Shown: piece by piece, positions 36,606-50,196 of the stretch
How positions within the stretch are numbered: position 1 is the stretch's first letter
Layout of the letters: each line of letters begins with the position of its first letter
DNA from: Dendrobates tinctorius
Lineage: Eukaryota
Direction: 5' to 3'
Length of the DNA stretch: 64,000 nt
Assembly: GCF_039654945.1 (NCBI RefSeq)
Contig: NW_027361730.1
Coordinates: 31,124,001 to 31,188,000, forward strand
The notes under the pieces: generated by a model
What the model was told of the DNA's origin: nothing
The model's input: only the letters and a program-made list of their open reading frames with translations
Database searches by the model: none
Translations under genes and position numbers: made by a program

Positions 36606-39600
36606 CTATGTGTCATCAGGGGAAGGTGGGACAAAATCCTTGGAAACCCATGCGTGGTTCATTTTAATGAAGGTTAGATCATCCACATTTTGGGTTGACA
36701 GACGGGTCCTTTTTTCTGTCAGGATTGATCCAGCTGCACTGAAGACTCTTTCCGATAGCACACTTGCAGCTGGGCAAGCGAGCTCCTGTAAGGCATATTG
36801 GGCCAATTCAGGCCAGGTGTCCAGTTTAGCGGCCCAATAGTCAAAGGGGAATGACCTGTGTGGGAGAACATCGATATGGGAGGAAAAGTAGTTTGTAACC
36901 ATAGTTGACAACTGCTGTCTCCTGTCACTTTCCATCGATGCAGTATTACCAGTTGTGTGAGCGGTATTTGAAAAATCAGTCCACAACATTGTCATGAAAC
37001 CCCTGTCTCCAACGCCACTTCTGCTGTGTGCACCACGAACACCTCTGCCAAGCTTCCCCCGGCCCGTACGGCTCGTGTGAGAACCATCACCGCTGCTGTG
37101 TGCTGGGAATGCCTCAAGCAACCGATTTACCAGAGTTGCTTGTTTATTAGCCAATATTAGGTCAAGGTTCTCCTGTGGCATGATGTTTTGTAATTTGCCT
37201 TTATAGCGTGGATCCAGGATGCTGGCCAACCAGTAGTCGTCATCGTTCATCATTTTGGCAATGCGGGGGTCCCTTTTTAGGATCCGCAAGGCATAATCTG
37301 ACATGTGGGCCAATGTTCCCGGTGTCAATGATGCACTGCGAGTGCTGGGTGGAGGAGCACTTTCTGGCAAATCCACATCCCTCCAGTCACGCACAAACCC
37401 TGTACCAGACCTTGCCATGCCAACATTTTCAGTTGCCCCACGAGATGCATCCTCCTCCCCTAAGTAATCATCCCCATCATCATCCTCCTCCTCCTCTTCT
37501 TCCTCCACATCGTCCAGGAGAGGTCCCTGAGCAGACAATGGCTGAATGTCATCAAGGATTCCCTCCTCCTCTTCCTCCTCATCAACATTGGCTGCAGACG
37601 CCTGCTCCTTAAGGTGCGTCAAAGTTTGCATGAGCAGATGCATAAGTGGGATGCTCATGCTTAGGATGGCGTCGTCTGCGCTTACCAGCCGTGTGCATTC
37701 CTCAAAACACTGAAGGACTTTACAAAGGTCTTTCAGCTTCGACCACTGCACACCTGTCAACTCCATGTCTGCTCTCAAAGTGCCTGGCCGTGTATCCTCC
37801 CACAAATGCATTATGGCCTGCCTCTGCTCGCACAGCCGCTCCACCATGTGCAGGGTGGAGTTCCACCTTGTTGCAATGTCGATAATGAGGTGGTGGTTGG
37901 GAAGGTGGAGCAATCGCTGCAGCTTCTGCATACGAACGGAGTGTACAGGCGACCGGCGGATGTGCGCGCACAGTCTTCGCACCTTCTGGAGCAGGGCTGT
38001 TAACTCCGGATAATTTTTGAGGAAGCACTGCACCACCAGGTTCAAGGTGTGAGCCAAGCAAGGTATGTGGCTGAGTTTTGAAAGGGCTATGGCTGCCACA
38101 AAATTACGGCCGTTATCACTAACTACCTTGCCTGCCTCAAGATGTACACTGCCCAGCCATGACTCAGTTTGTCGCTTCAAGTACTCGGCCAGCACCTCGG
38201 CGGTGTGTCTGTCGCCCAAACACATCATCTGCAACACAGCCTGCTGACGCTTTCCACTAGCTGCTCGATAGGGGGACACATCATGTGTAACAGTGGCAGC
38301 TGCAGATGGAGTGCTCGTACGACTGCGCTCTGTGGACGAGCTTTCGCTTCTGGAGGAGGAGGAGGAGGGTCGAACGCCTACAGCCAACTGTTTCCTATAC
38401 CGTGGGCTAGGCAGCACTGTCCCACCACCACTGTCCCCTGTGGACCCTGCATCCACCACATTAACCCAGTGCGCAGTGATGGACATGTAACGGCCCTGGG
38501 CATGCCGACTGGACCATGCATCAGTTGTGAGGTGCACCTTTCCGCTCACTGACTGCTTGAGTGCATGGACAATGCGGTCTTTCACATGATGGTGGAGGGC
38601 TGGGATGGCTTTGCGAGAGAAGAAGTGGCGACTGGGTAGGTCATAGCGTGGTACTGCATAGGCCATGAGTTCGCGGAAAGCTGTGCTTTCCACCAACCGA
38701 AAGGGCATCATCTCAAACGAGATTAGTTTGGCAATGTGGGCGTTCAAACCCAGTGTACGCGGATGAGAGACTGAGTACTTTCTTGACCTACTCATAGTGT
38801 CTGGGAGGGTGAGCTGGACTTGAGAGCTGCATATGGTGGAAGTAGCGGTGGACAGGGCGGACTGAGAGAGGGTTGATGATGGTGATGGAGTTGGTGTTCT
38901 TTCTGATGGCCTAGAATCAGTCTTTCGTTGATATAACAGTGGGATTCCCTGACTGCTGTGGTCTTGCAACGACACCTCAACATTTGCTGCTGTGCTAACC
39001 GGTGGGCTTACAGTGGAGGAAACAATGTAGCGTTGCTGACTACCTTCGTTGTGATCAGTTGCACATGTGGCACTTGAGGTTTGGTGTTGTGTCCACGCTT
39101 GCAAGTGCATGCTGGTTAAATGTCTAAGCATGCAACTGGTATTCAAATTTTTCAGATTTTTCCCTCGGCTAAAGGTCTTTGCGCACTTCTTACAGATAAC
39201 CTTGGCCTGATCATGAGGATTTTGGTCAAAAAAGTGCCACACTGCACTCTTCCTACTTTGGCAGACATTTTGCGGCCTAGCACGCTGTGATCTTTTGACC
39301 CTCTGGACAAGCTGTCCAGCAACTCTTTTGATGTTTGGAACCTGTCTTTGGAGTGCTCCGGGCCTGCCAGATAACAGCTGTTGCGATGTCGATGTCTGCT
39401 GTGGATGCTCCTCATCTGAGCTATTGGAAGCAGCACCCTCTTCCCCCAATGGATGCCAATCTGGGTCAACAACTGGGTCATCCATCACCTCCTCTTCTAT
39501 GTCATGTGCACCTTCCTCTGTGTCACCGTGTATGGTGGTATAGTGTGCGGGAAGGGGCACCTGAGTCTCATCAGAGTCAGAATCTGGCTCTGTACACTGC

Positions 39601-40142
39601 GAGGACAATGTAGTGCTCTGAGTGAATGTACCAGCAGAATCATCCATCAGCGGCTGTGCATCAGTGCACTCCATGTCAGATTCATCTTGGCCTGGGTAAT
39701 TCACCATTTCACTTGATAATCCAGGCATGATATGTGAAAACAGCTCCATGGAGTAATCAGTAGTATGGCCTGCGTCATCCTTCAATCTTGGTTGGGGTGA
39801 AGGACACAAGGAAAGGTGTGGTTCATGAACATGAGCCTCCAATGACGACTCAGTGCTTTTACTTTTTACAACTGAAGAAGAGGAGGCGATAGAGCTGGAG
39901 GCTGAGTCAGCAATGTAAGACAAAACTTTTTCCTGATGCTCTGGCTTTAAAAGCGGTTTGCCAACTCCTAGAAAACTAAGCGTTCGAGGCCTTATGTAGC
40001 CAGACGATGATGCAGGGTCAGCACCTCCTGCATTCGGTCCTATTTTGCTCTTGCCACTACCATCAGATCCACCACCAACACCATCATTACCAGCTGCCAA
40101 CCCCCGCCCAATTCCACGGCCTCTTCCACCAGCCTTCCTCAT
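36606..40142 (-). CDS. hAT transposase (BED zinc finger, DDE core, C-terminal dimerisation domain; ZBED4/6-like), ~1178 aa from MRKAGGRGRG
   Basis: SAVWHFF..CKKC..LRHLTSMH, LTTDAWS, VSDNG, CLAH, TRWNST, SVLSERVFSAAG; no stops. Confidence 0.93.
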   Translation of the reverse strand: MRKAGGRGRGIGRGLAAGNDGVGGGSDGSGKSKIGPNAGGADPASSSGYIRPRTLSFLGVGKPLLKPEHQEKVLSYIADSASSSIASSSSVVKSKSTESSLEAHVHEPHLSLCPSPQPRLKDDAGHTTDYSMELFSHIMPGLSSEMVNYPGQDESDMECTDAQPLMDDSAGTFTQSTTLSSQCTEPDSDSDETQVPLPAHYTTIHGDTEEGAHDIEEEVMDDPVVDPDWHPLGEEGAASNSSDEEHPQQTSTSQQLLSGRPGALQRQVPNIKRVAGQLVQRVKRSQRARPQNVCQSRKSAVWHFFDQNPHDQAKVICKKCAKTFSRGKNLKNLNTSCMLRHLTSMHLQAWTQHQTSSATCATDHNEGSQQRYIVSSTVSPPVSTAANVEVSLQDHSSQGIPLLYQRKTDSRPSERTPTPSPSSTLSQSALSTATSTICSSQVQLTLPDTMSRSRKYSVSHPRTLGLNAHIAKLISFEMMPFRLVESTAFRELMAYAVPRYDLPSRHFFSRKAIPALHHHVKDRIVHALKQSVSGKVHLTTDAWSSRHAQGRYMSITAHWVNVVDAGSTGDSGGGTVLPSPRYRKQLAVGVRPSSSSSRSESSSTERSRTSTPSAAATVTHDVSPYRAASGKRQQAVLQMMCLGDRHTAEVLAEYLKRQTESWLGSVHLEAGKVVSDNGRNFVAAIALSKLSHIPCLAHTLNLVVQCFLKNYPELTALLQKVRRLCAHIRRSPVHSVRMQKLQRLLHLPNHHLIIDIATRWNSTLHMVERLCEQRQAIMHLWEDTRPGTLRADMELTGVQWSKLKDLCKVLQCFEECTRLVSADDAILSMSIPLMHLLMQTLTHLKEQASAANVDEEEEEEGILDDIQPLSAQGPLLDDVEEEEEEEDDDGDDYLGEEDASRGATENVGMARSGTGFVRDWRDVDLPESAPPPSTRSASLTPGTLAHMSDYALRILKRDPRIAKMMNDDDYWLASILDPRYKGKLQNIMPQENLDLILANKQATLVNRLLEAFPAHSSGDGSHTSRTGRGKLGRGVRGAHSRSGVGDRGFMTMLWTDFSNTAHTTGNTASMESDRRQQLSTMVTNYFSSHIDVLPHRSFPFDYWAAKLDTWPELAQYALQELACPAASVLSERVFSAAGSILTEKRTRLSTQNVDDLTFIKMNHAWVSKDFVPPSPDDT

Positions 40143-40218
40143 TTTTGGTAGAAATGTAGACAAAATCCAACAAACTATATAGTAATGTAAAACAAGGTAC
40201 AAGGTGTCTATAGGACAG

Positions 40219-40612
40219 GGGAGATTTTGAATTTCTGCAGACACTTGTGGACACTGGACACTTTTGGATTGTGTGAGGCCCACTGATATCTGAGCGCTAT
40301 GTGACAGGCTCGATGGCACAGCTGTGACCAAAGTGACTAGAGGATAAGGGAGATTTTGAATCTCTGCACACACTTTTGGACACTGGACACTTTTGGATTG
40401 TGTGAGGCCCACTGATATCTGAGCGCTATGTGACAGGCTCGATGGCACAGCTGTGACCAAAGTGACTAGAGGATAAGGAAGATTTTGAATCTCTGCACAC
40501 ACTTTTGGACACTGGATGGACACTTTTGGGTTGTGTGAGGCCCACTGATATCTGAGCGCTAAGTGACAGGCTCGATGGCACAGCTGTGACAAAAGTGACT
40601 AGAGGATAAGGG
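40219..40612. repeat. 129-bp tandem repeat x3, upstream of the hAT transposase
   Basis: Units at 40219, 40348 and 40477; a 43-codon period that creates the apparent N-terminal ORF extension. Confidence 0.9.
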
Positions 40613-40618
40613 AGATTG

Positions 40619-41025
40619 GATTGCTTTTAAAAAAGCAGTTTGCGGAGCAGTGGGTAAACAGCAATGCAGGAATGTCAGGAAGCCTTAGAAGGCAGCCCAA
40701 CAACCAACACCACTGATACACCACTATATAGCCTCCCCTTGCACTGCACACACAGTGACTGGTGTGTTGTGCAGGCCAAATTGCTAGCAGCACAAGCAGT
40801 TTTTTTTTCTTCTCAGCAGGACAAAAAAAGAAAATTGGGATTGCTTTTAAAAAAGCAGTTTGTGGAGCAGTGGGTAAACAGCAATGCAGGAATGTCAGGA
40901 AGCCTTAGAAGGCAGCCCAACAACCAACACCACTGATACACCACTATATAGCCTCCCCTTGCACTGCACACACAGTGCCTGGTGTGTTGTGCAGGCCAAA
41001 TCGCTAGCAGCAGAAGCAGTTTTTT
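40619..41025. repeat. 220-bp tandem duplication in the hAT 5' region
   Basis: GATTGCTTTTAAAAAAGCAGTT at 40619 and 40839; duplicated ORFs at 40664 and 40884. Confidence 0.9.
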
Positions 41026-41791
41026 TGTCTTCTTCCCTGCCTAACGCTCTCCCTACAGAATCAGCAGCAACCTCTCCCTATACTAAGATCGGCAGAAGTA
41101 AGATGGCGGTCGGCGTGCACGCCCTTTTATACCCCCTGTGACGCCCACCAAAGCAAGCCAATCACTTGCATGCCCTTCTGAAAGATGGTGGTGACCCGTG
41201 CCTATGTCATCACGTTGCCCACAGTGTCCGTGGATCCTGATTGGCTGAAAAAGAGCGCAAAACAAACTTTTGAAACGCGACTTTGGCGCGTAAGTCGCCG
41301 ACCTCGTGGCCGACCTCATCCTAGGGTCGGGTTTCGTTTCATGAAACCCGACTTTGCTAAAAGTCGGCGACTTTTGAATTTTTTCGACCCGTTTCGCTCA
41401 ACTCTAGTCATGAGGCTTTTGCACAGTGTCTGTGTAGTATGCAGGTGATGTATCAGGAGACAGTTGGCAGTCTGGTCAAATACTCACACTGTGTTTGGTG
41501 TGTTTGCAAATGCTCAGGATTTGTAAAAGCAGTGACATGTGGTGCAGGCAAGCTATAAGGAGTGAGAATGGGCTCATAACTATGTCGTGGACTAGGCGGC
41601 ACATGCCACATAACGAGCAGGGTGCGCTCTCTGTGTTGTGCCTTTTTGTAATAGTGTAGCACTGGTAAGTCAATGGACAAAACTTGCGTAGAAATCTTGA
41701 AGATGTGTGACCACTTAAGTTAAGGTCCATGCATATGGTAAGATAATCATGAACAAAGGAATGCTCCTTTCACAATAGTCATGCAGTCTAA

Positions 41792-43746
41792 GGGCTCTTT
41801 CACATGTCCGTTTCTACGGTACATCTGGTGACAGTTTTTACATTTACCAGAGACACTGACACACGTAGACCCATTCAAGTGAATGGGTCTGTGCACATAT
41901 CAGTGTGTTTCCACGGCCCATGTGGCCATGGGCAAAACACGCTGACATATCCGTTTTTTTACCATCAGCATGGGCCGCAAAACATCCTGCACATGCGCAC
42001 ACGGAGAACACACATGGATGTCATCCATGTGACACACACCGGCGCCAGGGAAAAAGCGCTGCAGTAAGCGCGTTCCCCAGCAGCGGGTGCTGAAGACGCT
42101 CTCATCATTCTCCCCTGCTCTTACGGCGATCAGCACTAGCAGGGGAAAATGAGGAGAGTTATATTCAGTGATAATGACGGCAGGCAGCAAGTGATGGGAT
42201 TATTACTCCCATCAGCTTACGCCTGCTGCCACTAATTATAGTGACAGCAGGAGCGGATGATGGGAGTATTCTTCAGCTAGGTCCTGTGCTATAAATACAT
42301 AAATAAGAAAATCTGTAGTGGGTTCCTCTCTAGTTTCTATAACCAGCCATGTAAAACTCATAGCTAGGGGCTGCAACCCTTAATTATTTAAATAAATAAG
42401 TAAAAACAACGATGTGGGGTCTTTTATTAGAAATAATACAAAACACAGTTTTCCCTTTTTATTTAAAAATAATCAACACAGTCATACTCACCTAACGCCT
42501 AATTCTCCTGAATCCCTCATCCTTTGTAATAAAACTAAAATAAAAAAACAATAATATCCCTCACCTGTTCATCGTTTTGTCCAACGTCGTAATCCATATC
42601 TGGGGCATAAATAGTTTTCAACCTGGATGGTGCCAAGATGCAACCATCCAGGCTGAGATCCACTGGTGACTGATCTGCTGTGAGCACAGCATCATTGACC
42701 AGCAGTGACATTACCGTGGTTACCACCATTCAGTGAGGCTGAATTCCCAGCAGGGCTGAACTGACCAGTGGAATTAGGTGTTACGTGAGTATAACTGTGT
42801 TTATTATTTTTAAATAAAAATGGAAAACTGTTTTGTTTTATTTCTAAAAAAAAACTTTATTCTGGCTCTGTCTTTTTTTACCATGTAACTATAGGATAAG
42901 TAATGGAGAGGTGTCTTATAGATACCTCTCCAATGCTAAGATGTGGGCTTGATTTCACCTGACAATACAAAGGTGACATCAATTGCACTACAGGGCAAAT
43001 GGGAAGAACCGGGCAAAGCTCCAGAATTGGCGCATCTTATAGATGTGCCTTTTCTGGGCAGCTGTGAGCTGCTATTTTTAAGCTGCCGGGGTCTATATCA
43101 ATGGCCCCTGACCAGCCTGAGAATTCCAGCCCCCAGCTGTCAACTTTAGCAAGGCTGGTTGTCAAAAATGAGAGGGACCCCATGCCATTTTTTAAAATTA
43201 TTTATTTAAATAATTAAAAAAACAGCATGGGACCCCTTTATTCTTGATAACTAGCCTTGCTGAAGTTGAGAGGTGAGGGTTGCAGCCCCCAGCTGTCAGT
43301 TTTGCCTGGCTGGTTATAGAAAATAGAGAGAAACCCACGCTGGGTTTCTTCATTTATTTATCGCGCAGGTGGCAGGTGAGGAATACTCTCATCAGCCGCT
43401 CTTGCTGTCACTGTTATTAGTGGTAGCAGGTGTAGGCTGATGCGAGTAATAGGCCCATCAGCTGTCGCGTGCTGTCATTGTTATCACTTGAATACAACTC
43501 TCACCATTCTCCTCTGCTCGTGCTAATCGCCGGCAGAGCATGGGAGAATGATGAGAGCATCTTCAACATCTGGCGGCAGCACTTACCTTTGCGTTTCTTC
43601 CCTGGCACCCATCCGTGTGGTACTGATGTGGCACACGGGCGGCACGATTGCCACACATGTGCCGCAAGTATTACACACATAGACACTGTCATCTCCGGTA
43701 CCATTTGTTTCTGGTACCACAAATATCAGGACGTGTGAAACCGGCC
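41792..43746. mobile_element. Large PIF/Harbinger-type non-autonomous element with internal inverted repeats
   Basis: TAA flanks; ends GGGCTCTTTCACATGTCC / GGACGTGTGAAACCGGCC; inverted blocks ~42090-42400 versus ~43230-43570. Confidence 0.65.
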
Positions 43747-43942
43747 TAAATAGGCTGCCAATCGCCCAACAAACAAACATTTTGAAATGATCTTTTGGGT
43801 TGCAAAGAAGATCATAGTACTCAGCACCACATCATCCTGTGTAAGCAGGGCTTGCACTGCAACTGTTCATTCAGAACTATGGCAGACCATCTATTACAGT
43901 TCAGTCAATCTGAAGTGCGGTCTGCCTGTGTAAATAGATTAA

Positions 43943-45473
43943 CACCTTTCTGCCATTAGACGCACTGTCCTGTCCATGTGGCCTGGGAGTTAATTCCCAT
44001 GGACGGGATAGTATATCATAGCCGATTGGCCGCGCTCATGGGGGAAGCGTGGCCGATCGCGGCCGGGTGTCAGCTGATTCTCACAGCTGACACCCGGCAC
44101 TAAGTGCCAGGAGTGGTCACAGACCGCTCCCGGCTCTTTATCCCCTGGACCACTGCGATCAAAAAAGATCGCAGCATTCTGGAGCTCTTTGGATCAGAGA
44201 CGCTGTGGCATGCCGCGGGGTCCCGATCGCTGCCATGGAGTACCGATGTCGTCATGACGACATCCGGGTCTCCAGAGCTGAGAAACTTCCTGTCATGTGC
44301 AGTGCATGTCAGGAAGTCTCTCAGGTTAGCGTATAGAAAATGCAGCACTGACAACTTCTATAGCATGCAGATCTGCATGCTATAGAAGCGATCAGCCTGC
44401 ACAAAATGAGTATCCCATAGTGGGACAAAGTGTAAAACTTAGATTGAAATAAAAAAAAATAATTGTAAAAATATGAAATAATAATAATAATAAAATCAAT
44501 ATTTATTTGATCACTAAATAAATATTTGAATGAAAAAAAATCAAAACAATAAAAGTACACATATTTGGAATCGCTGCGTCCGTAATGACCCGACCTATAA
44601 AACTGTCCTACTAGTTAATCCCTTTAGTGAACACCATAAAAAAGGCAAAACACAATGCTTTATCATCATACAGCCAAAGAAAAAGTGGAATAATACGCGA
44701 CCAAAAATACGGATGTAAATAAACATTGTATCACTGAAAACGTCATCTTGTCCCGCAAAACAAGAGCTGCCATACAGCATCATCAGCGAAAAAATAAAGT
44801 TATAGCTGTAAGAATAAAGCGATGCAAAAACAATTATTTTTTATATAAAATAGCTTTTATTATATAAAAGTGCCAAAACATAAATATGATATAAATGAGG
44901 TATTGCTGTAATCGTACTGACCCGAAGAGTAAAACTGCCTTATCAATTTTACCACACGCGGAACGGTGTAAACGCCCCCCCAAAAGAAATTCATGAATTG
45001 TTGGTTTTTGCTCATTCTGTCTATAAAAAATCTGAATAAAAAGCGATCAAAAAATGTGCCCGAAAATGATACCAATAAAAACGTCAACTCATCCCTCAAA
45101 AAACAAGATCTAGCCTGACATTGTGGGCCAAAATATGGAAAAATTGTAGCTGTCAAAATGTGGTGATGCAAAAACTATTTTTTTGCAATAAAAAACATCT
45201 TTTAATGTGTGACAGCTGCCAAACATAAAAAAAACACTATAAATAGTAACTCAAACTGCCCTTTATCACCCCCTTTTTTATAGAAAAATAATAAAATAAA
45301 AAAATGCATTTATTTCCATTTTTCCATTAGGGTTAGAGTTAGGGCTAAGTTAGGGTTAAAGTTTGGGTTAGGGTTGGGGCTAAAGTTAAGGGTTGGGGCT
45401 AAGTTAGGATTAGGGTTGGGGCTAAATTTAGGGTTACGGTTGGTATTAGGGTTAGGGTTGGAATTAGGGTTAG
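43943..45473. mobile_element. TTAA-target non-autonomous element (left part), ending in telomere-like repeats
   Basis: TTAA-CACCTT start; AT-rich body sharing motifs with the 60.3-61.9 kb element. Confidence 0.5.
45327..45473 (+). repeat. Degenerate (TTAGGG)n interstitial telomere-like array
   Basis: TTAGGG, TTGGGG and CTAAGT variants in tandem. Confidence 0.85.
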
Positions 45474-45474
45474 A

Positions 45475-45742
45475 GGCATAGCCACATGCGGAAAGTAAGC
45501 GTACTTCATGCATTCCGATGTGTGCGGAATCGCGGCAATTCTTTGCGGAATCGTGGCGATTATGCAAAAATAATGAGCCTGCTGCATTTTTTTATGCTAA
45601 GCGATTCTGCTGCGGAAAAAAATGCAGCATTAGCGCAGCAGTTGCGGAATGCCATAGGAATGCATGGGGTGCATTCTGTATGCGTTTTCGTGGCGAAAAA
45701 CGCGGCAAAAACGCATACAATCCGCAACGTGGGTACACAGCC
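45475..45742. mobile_element. PIF/Harbinger-type MITE
   Basis: GGC...GCC ends with imperfect inverted TGCGG/CCGCA motifs. Confidence 0.55.
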
Positions 45743-46695
45743 TCATATTTTTCTAGCACACCAAAAACACTCGGTTAGCACACGAGCATTCACCAATACG
45801 AGAATGTTCACTCATCACTAATTATGTGTCCTGTGTATGCAACACATCATAGTTGCTCATTGAAGAAACACTGAAAATTAGACAAAAAGTCTTCCAAAGA
45901 GAAAACAGGTGAAAAATACAGGATTTTGCATAAAATTAGACAAAGAATCTTCCGAAGAGAAAACAGGTGAAAAATACAGGATTTCGCATAAAACCGCACC
46001 TGACGTTTCTGTCAATGGCTTCTCTAATGCTGTGAAAATATACATCAATCCATCAGATGTGAACATTTCAACTGAATATACCTGCCTACAAACACTTTGT
46101 GTATAAGTGACAAAAAAAAACGTGCCTATATCCAACAATGCCACAACACATGTTCCTGTAACTTATAACAACAAAATAGACAAACAGGATTGTTATACCC
46201 AGTGTAATACCCATGTGGCTTACCAAACTGCAGTGCAGGTGAAAATGTTGAATGTACTAACCTCAATGTAATACTCGCCTACTGCTTGTACTTCTAATTG
46301 CTCTGGTCGGATGTTTCACTAATTAGAGATCAGTGAAATATATTTTGCTTCTTTTGCATCAAGAAACAAATTGAATAAAATAAAAAAGTGTCCAGCTAAT
46401 TTTTGCCCCATTATGTGAAGCGCCCGGCTGGCAGGGCTCACTTTGAATAAAAACTATCCTTACGTTCCATGCTAGATTTCCAGGTGGAACGTTGGGTGAT
46501 GTCATGATGATGCAATGTGAAGAGCCACAGACCATGAAGCGTTCCAAAACATTTTGGAACATGTCTATTATATATATTTTCTATATATAATAATAATATC
46601 CTTTCTTCCTCAGGTAGGATGTAGAGAACATGTCATACAATGGCCAAAATTCCTCAGGTATGCACAAGACAGCTTAGATACCAGGTACATTTTAA

Positions 46696-47147
46696 AGAAG
46701 CATTCTTTCTCCCATTGACTATTTTATCCACCTAATATATTGCAGTCATCATATTATATAGCATTGTGTACTTACAATTTCTCATTTTGTCTTTCTATCC
46801 AGGTAATTCTTCTCCTTTCTCTGCTCTATGTAGAAACAGGAAGTCTCTTGTCCCTGCATTTATCATTCCCCTCTACAACTCCTTATCCAGCTGCTCATCC
46901 TCTCCCCCGCCATTGACTTTTGCAGTGACTGATGACTCATACAGGGAAAATTGACCTCCTGTTTCTACATAGAGCTTAAAATGATTCCACTAGTCAGTTT
47001 TTAATCAAGTGATGTCATAGACCTGATGAGAAGCAGAAGAATTAGCTGAGTAGAAAGACAAAAAGAGGAATTGTAAGTACACAGTGCTATATGATGATTG
47101 CAATATAGTAATAGGTTATACATTTTGATGGGAGGAGGAGTGCTTTT
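46696..47147. mobile_element. T2/Kolobok-type palindromic MITE
   Basis: TTAA flanks, AGAAGCA...TGCTTT ends, long imperfect inverted arms. Confidence 0.7.
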
Positions 47148-48042
47148 TTAAAGACTTTGACATGCAAGATTAGAATCTGCTTACAGCATTGAGCAACTCT
47201 GTATATACTCTGCTTTTATACCAATTATAAGCCACATGGCATTTTTCTTTCTGCTCATGTCCAATGCAAAATTATGTATTCTGCCAGTTTCCTGTTCCCT
47301 GAGAGCAGTGCAGTATGGGAGCGCAAATCACAGTTAAATGGTTAGGGCAAGGCCATTAGGTTACGTGTTACAGTTGAGCAGATATTTATCTAAAGGCCGT
47401 TAACGAGCTGTATCCAGCTGTGTACATGAAAGGAAAGAAAGACAAAAGGATAAAGTGAATTAACCTTATTTTGAAATATGAAATGTGTTCACTAGTGTTC
47501 TCAACATTGGAAATAGTCTGTAACTGTCCACATCACATAGATTAACTATAAGAATGTATATGGAGGTTCCTAAAGATAACTTAGCACATGTGGATCTGTA
47601 GGGGAGTGTGAAGATAGCAGTCGTGCCTGTTCCATTGATCTTGAGGGGCCCAAACGGGACCCATATTAGAAGACTAATAATACTATTAGCCTGTCATGAT
47701 TGCTGTTCCTGTTGAAAATTTTGCATTTGATCTTGATAGATTATTGACCAAATAAATAAAACTATGACCCCAATTTATTAAGGCTAGTGTTGTGTATGTC
47801 AGTCTTAATAAAAGTGGCCACTGCGGAACGATGCCGCTCAATGAATTAGGCTCATCTTACAAGTACAGAGACTAGAGTACTTTTCTTCCAAAAGTTACTG
47901 CAGTAAAGTAGGTTTCTCCTTGTGGAGAGTGACATAAAAGCTCTGGCTTGTTAAGGTAAGGAGGCTTATTCGCCGTGCAATGCTCCTCTGGGAAAATAAT
48001 ATGCAAATTGCCTCTTCAGAGAAAAAGAGGGCTTGAACTCTA

Positions 48043-48058
48043 TAGCGCCACCTGTTGG
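48043..48058 (-). promoter_or_regulatory. CTCF-like motif (CCAACAGGTGGCGCTA) next to an octamer ATGCAAAT (48001-48008)
   Basis: Close match to the CTCF core consensus; motif match only. Confidence 0.5.
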
Positions 48059-48561
48059 TAGTAGCGATCCTACAAGTCACAATCAACCCTTTAACGAGTC
48101 TTGTAATATGACTTGTATTCTAAGTCATATTACAAGACTCGTTAAATGGAGCATTGCACGGCGAATAAAAGTAGTGTGAGTGTAAGTTTTCATGAGTTAG
48201 ATGAGGGGGCTTAGCCCTGTTCCAAACCGCCAATGCTTCATCCACTTTGACAGAGCTGCTTGGAAGTGGTGTGAAAAAAACAAAAGTGACATTTTTGCTC
48301 AAATACCAATTTGTTAAAAAAATAGCAACATTTGAGGGTGTTTTAAGGCACATAAATGGAGTAAACACCTTTATGAATCGGGCCTATTATTTGTACTAAT
48401 GTACAGATCACACACCCTGCTCTTCTTTAGAGAAGAGATGCATTGTAGCCTGAGCAGGCCTCAGGCACAAGTCTGTGTCATTATGATTCCCTTTTACCTA
48501 CTGGTTCACAAGCACCATACAGCGGCACATGCAGTGCCCGTAGCATCATGGTATGGAGCTA

Positions 48562-50196
<1,635 letters not shown>

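Larger units (their letters stand above)
32960..41406 (-). mobile_element. Complete hAT DNA transposon (8447 bp), probably autonomous
   Basis: 13-bp perfect TIRs TAGAGTTGAGCGA / TCGCTCAACTCTA; perfect 8-bp TSD GTCATGAG (32952-32959, 41407-41414); intact transposase. Confidence 0.96.

Noticed and set aside
36606-40142. Domesticated host gene ZBED4/ZBED6
   Set aside because: It is enclosed by perfect TIRs and an 8-bp TSD and has a single BED finger, so it is a transposon
40143-40592. First 150 aa of the 1328-aa ORF as real transposase sequence
   Set aside because: It is read-through of a 129-bp (43-codon) tandem repeat from a non-ATG start; the plausible start is ATG 40142
45327-45473. True telomere or chromosome fusion site
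   Set aside because: Short, degenerate, single orientation and embedded in repeat sequence
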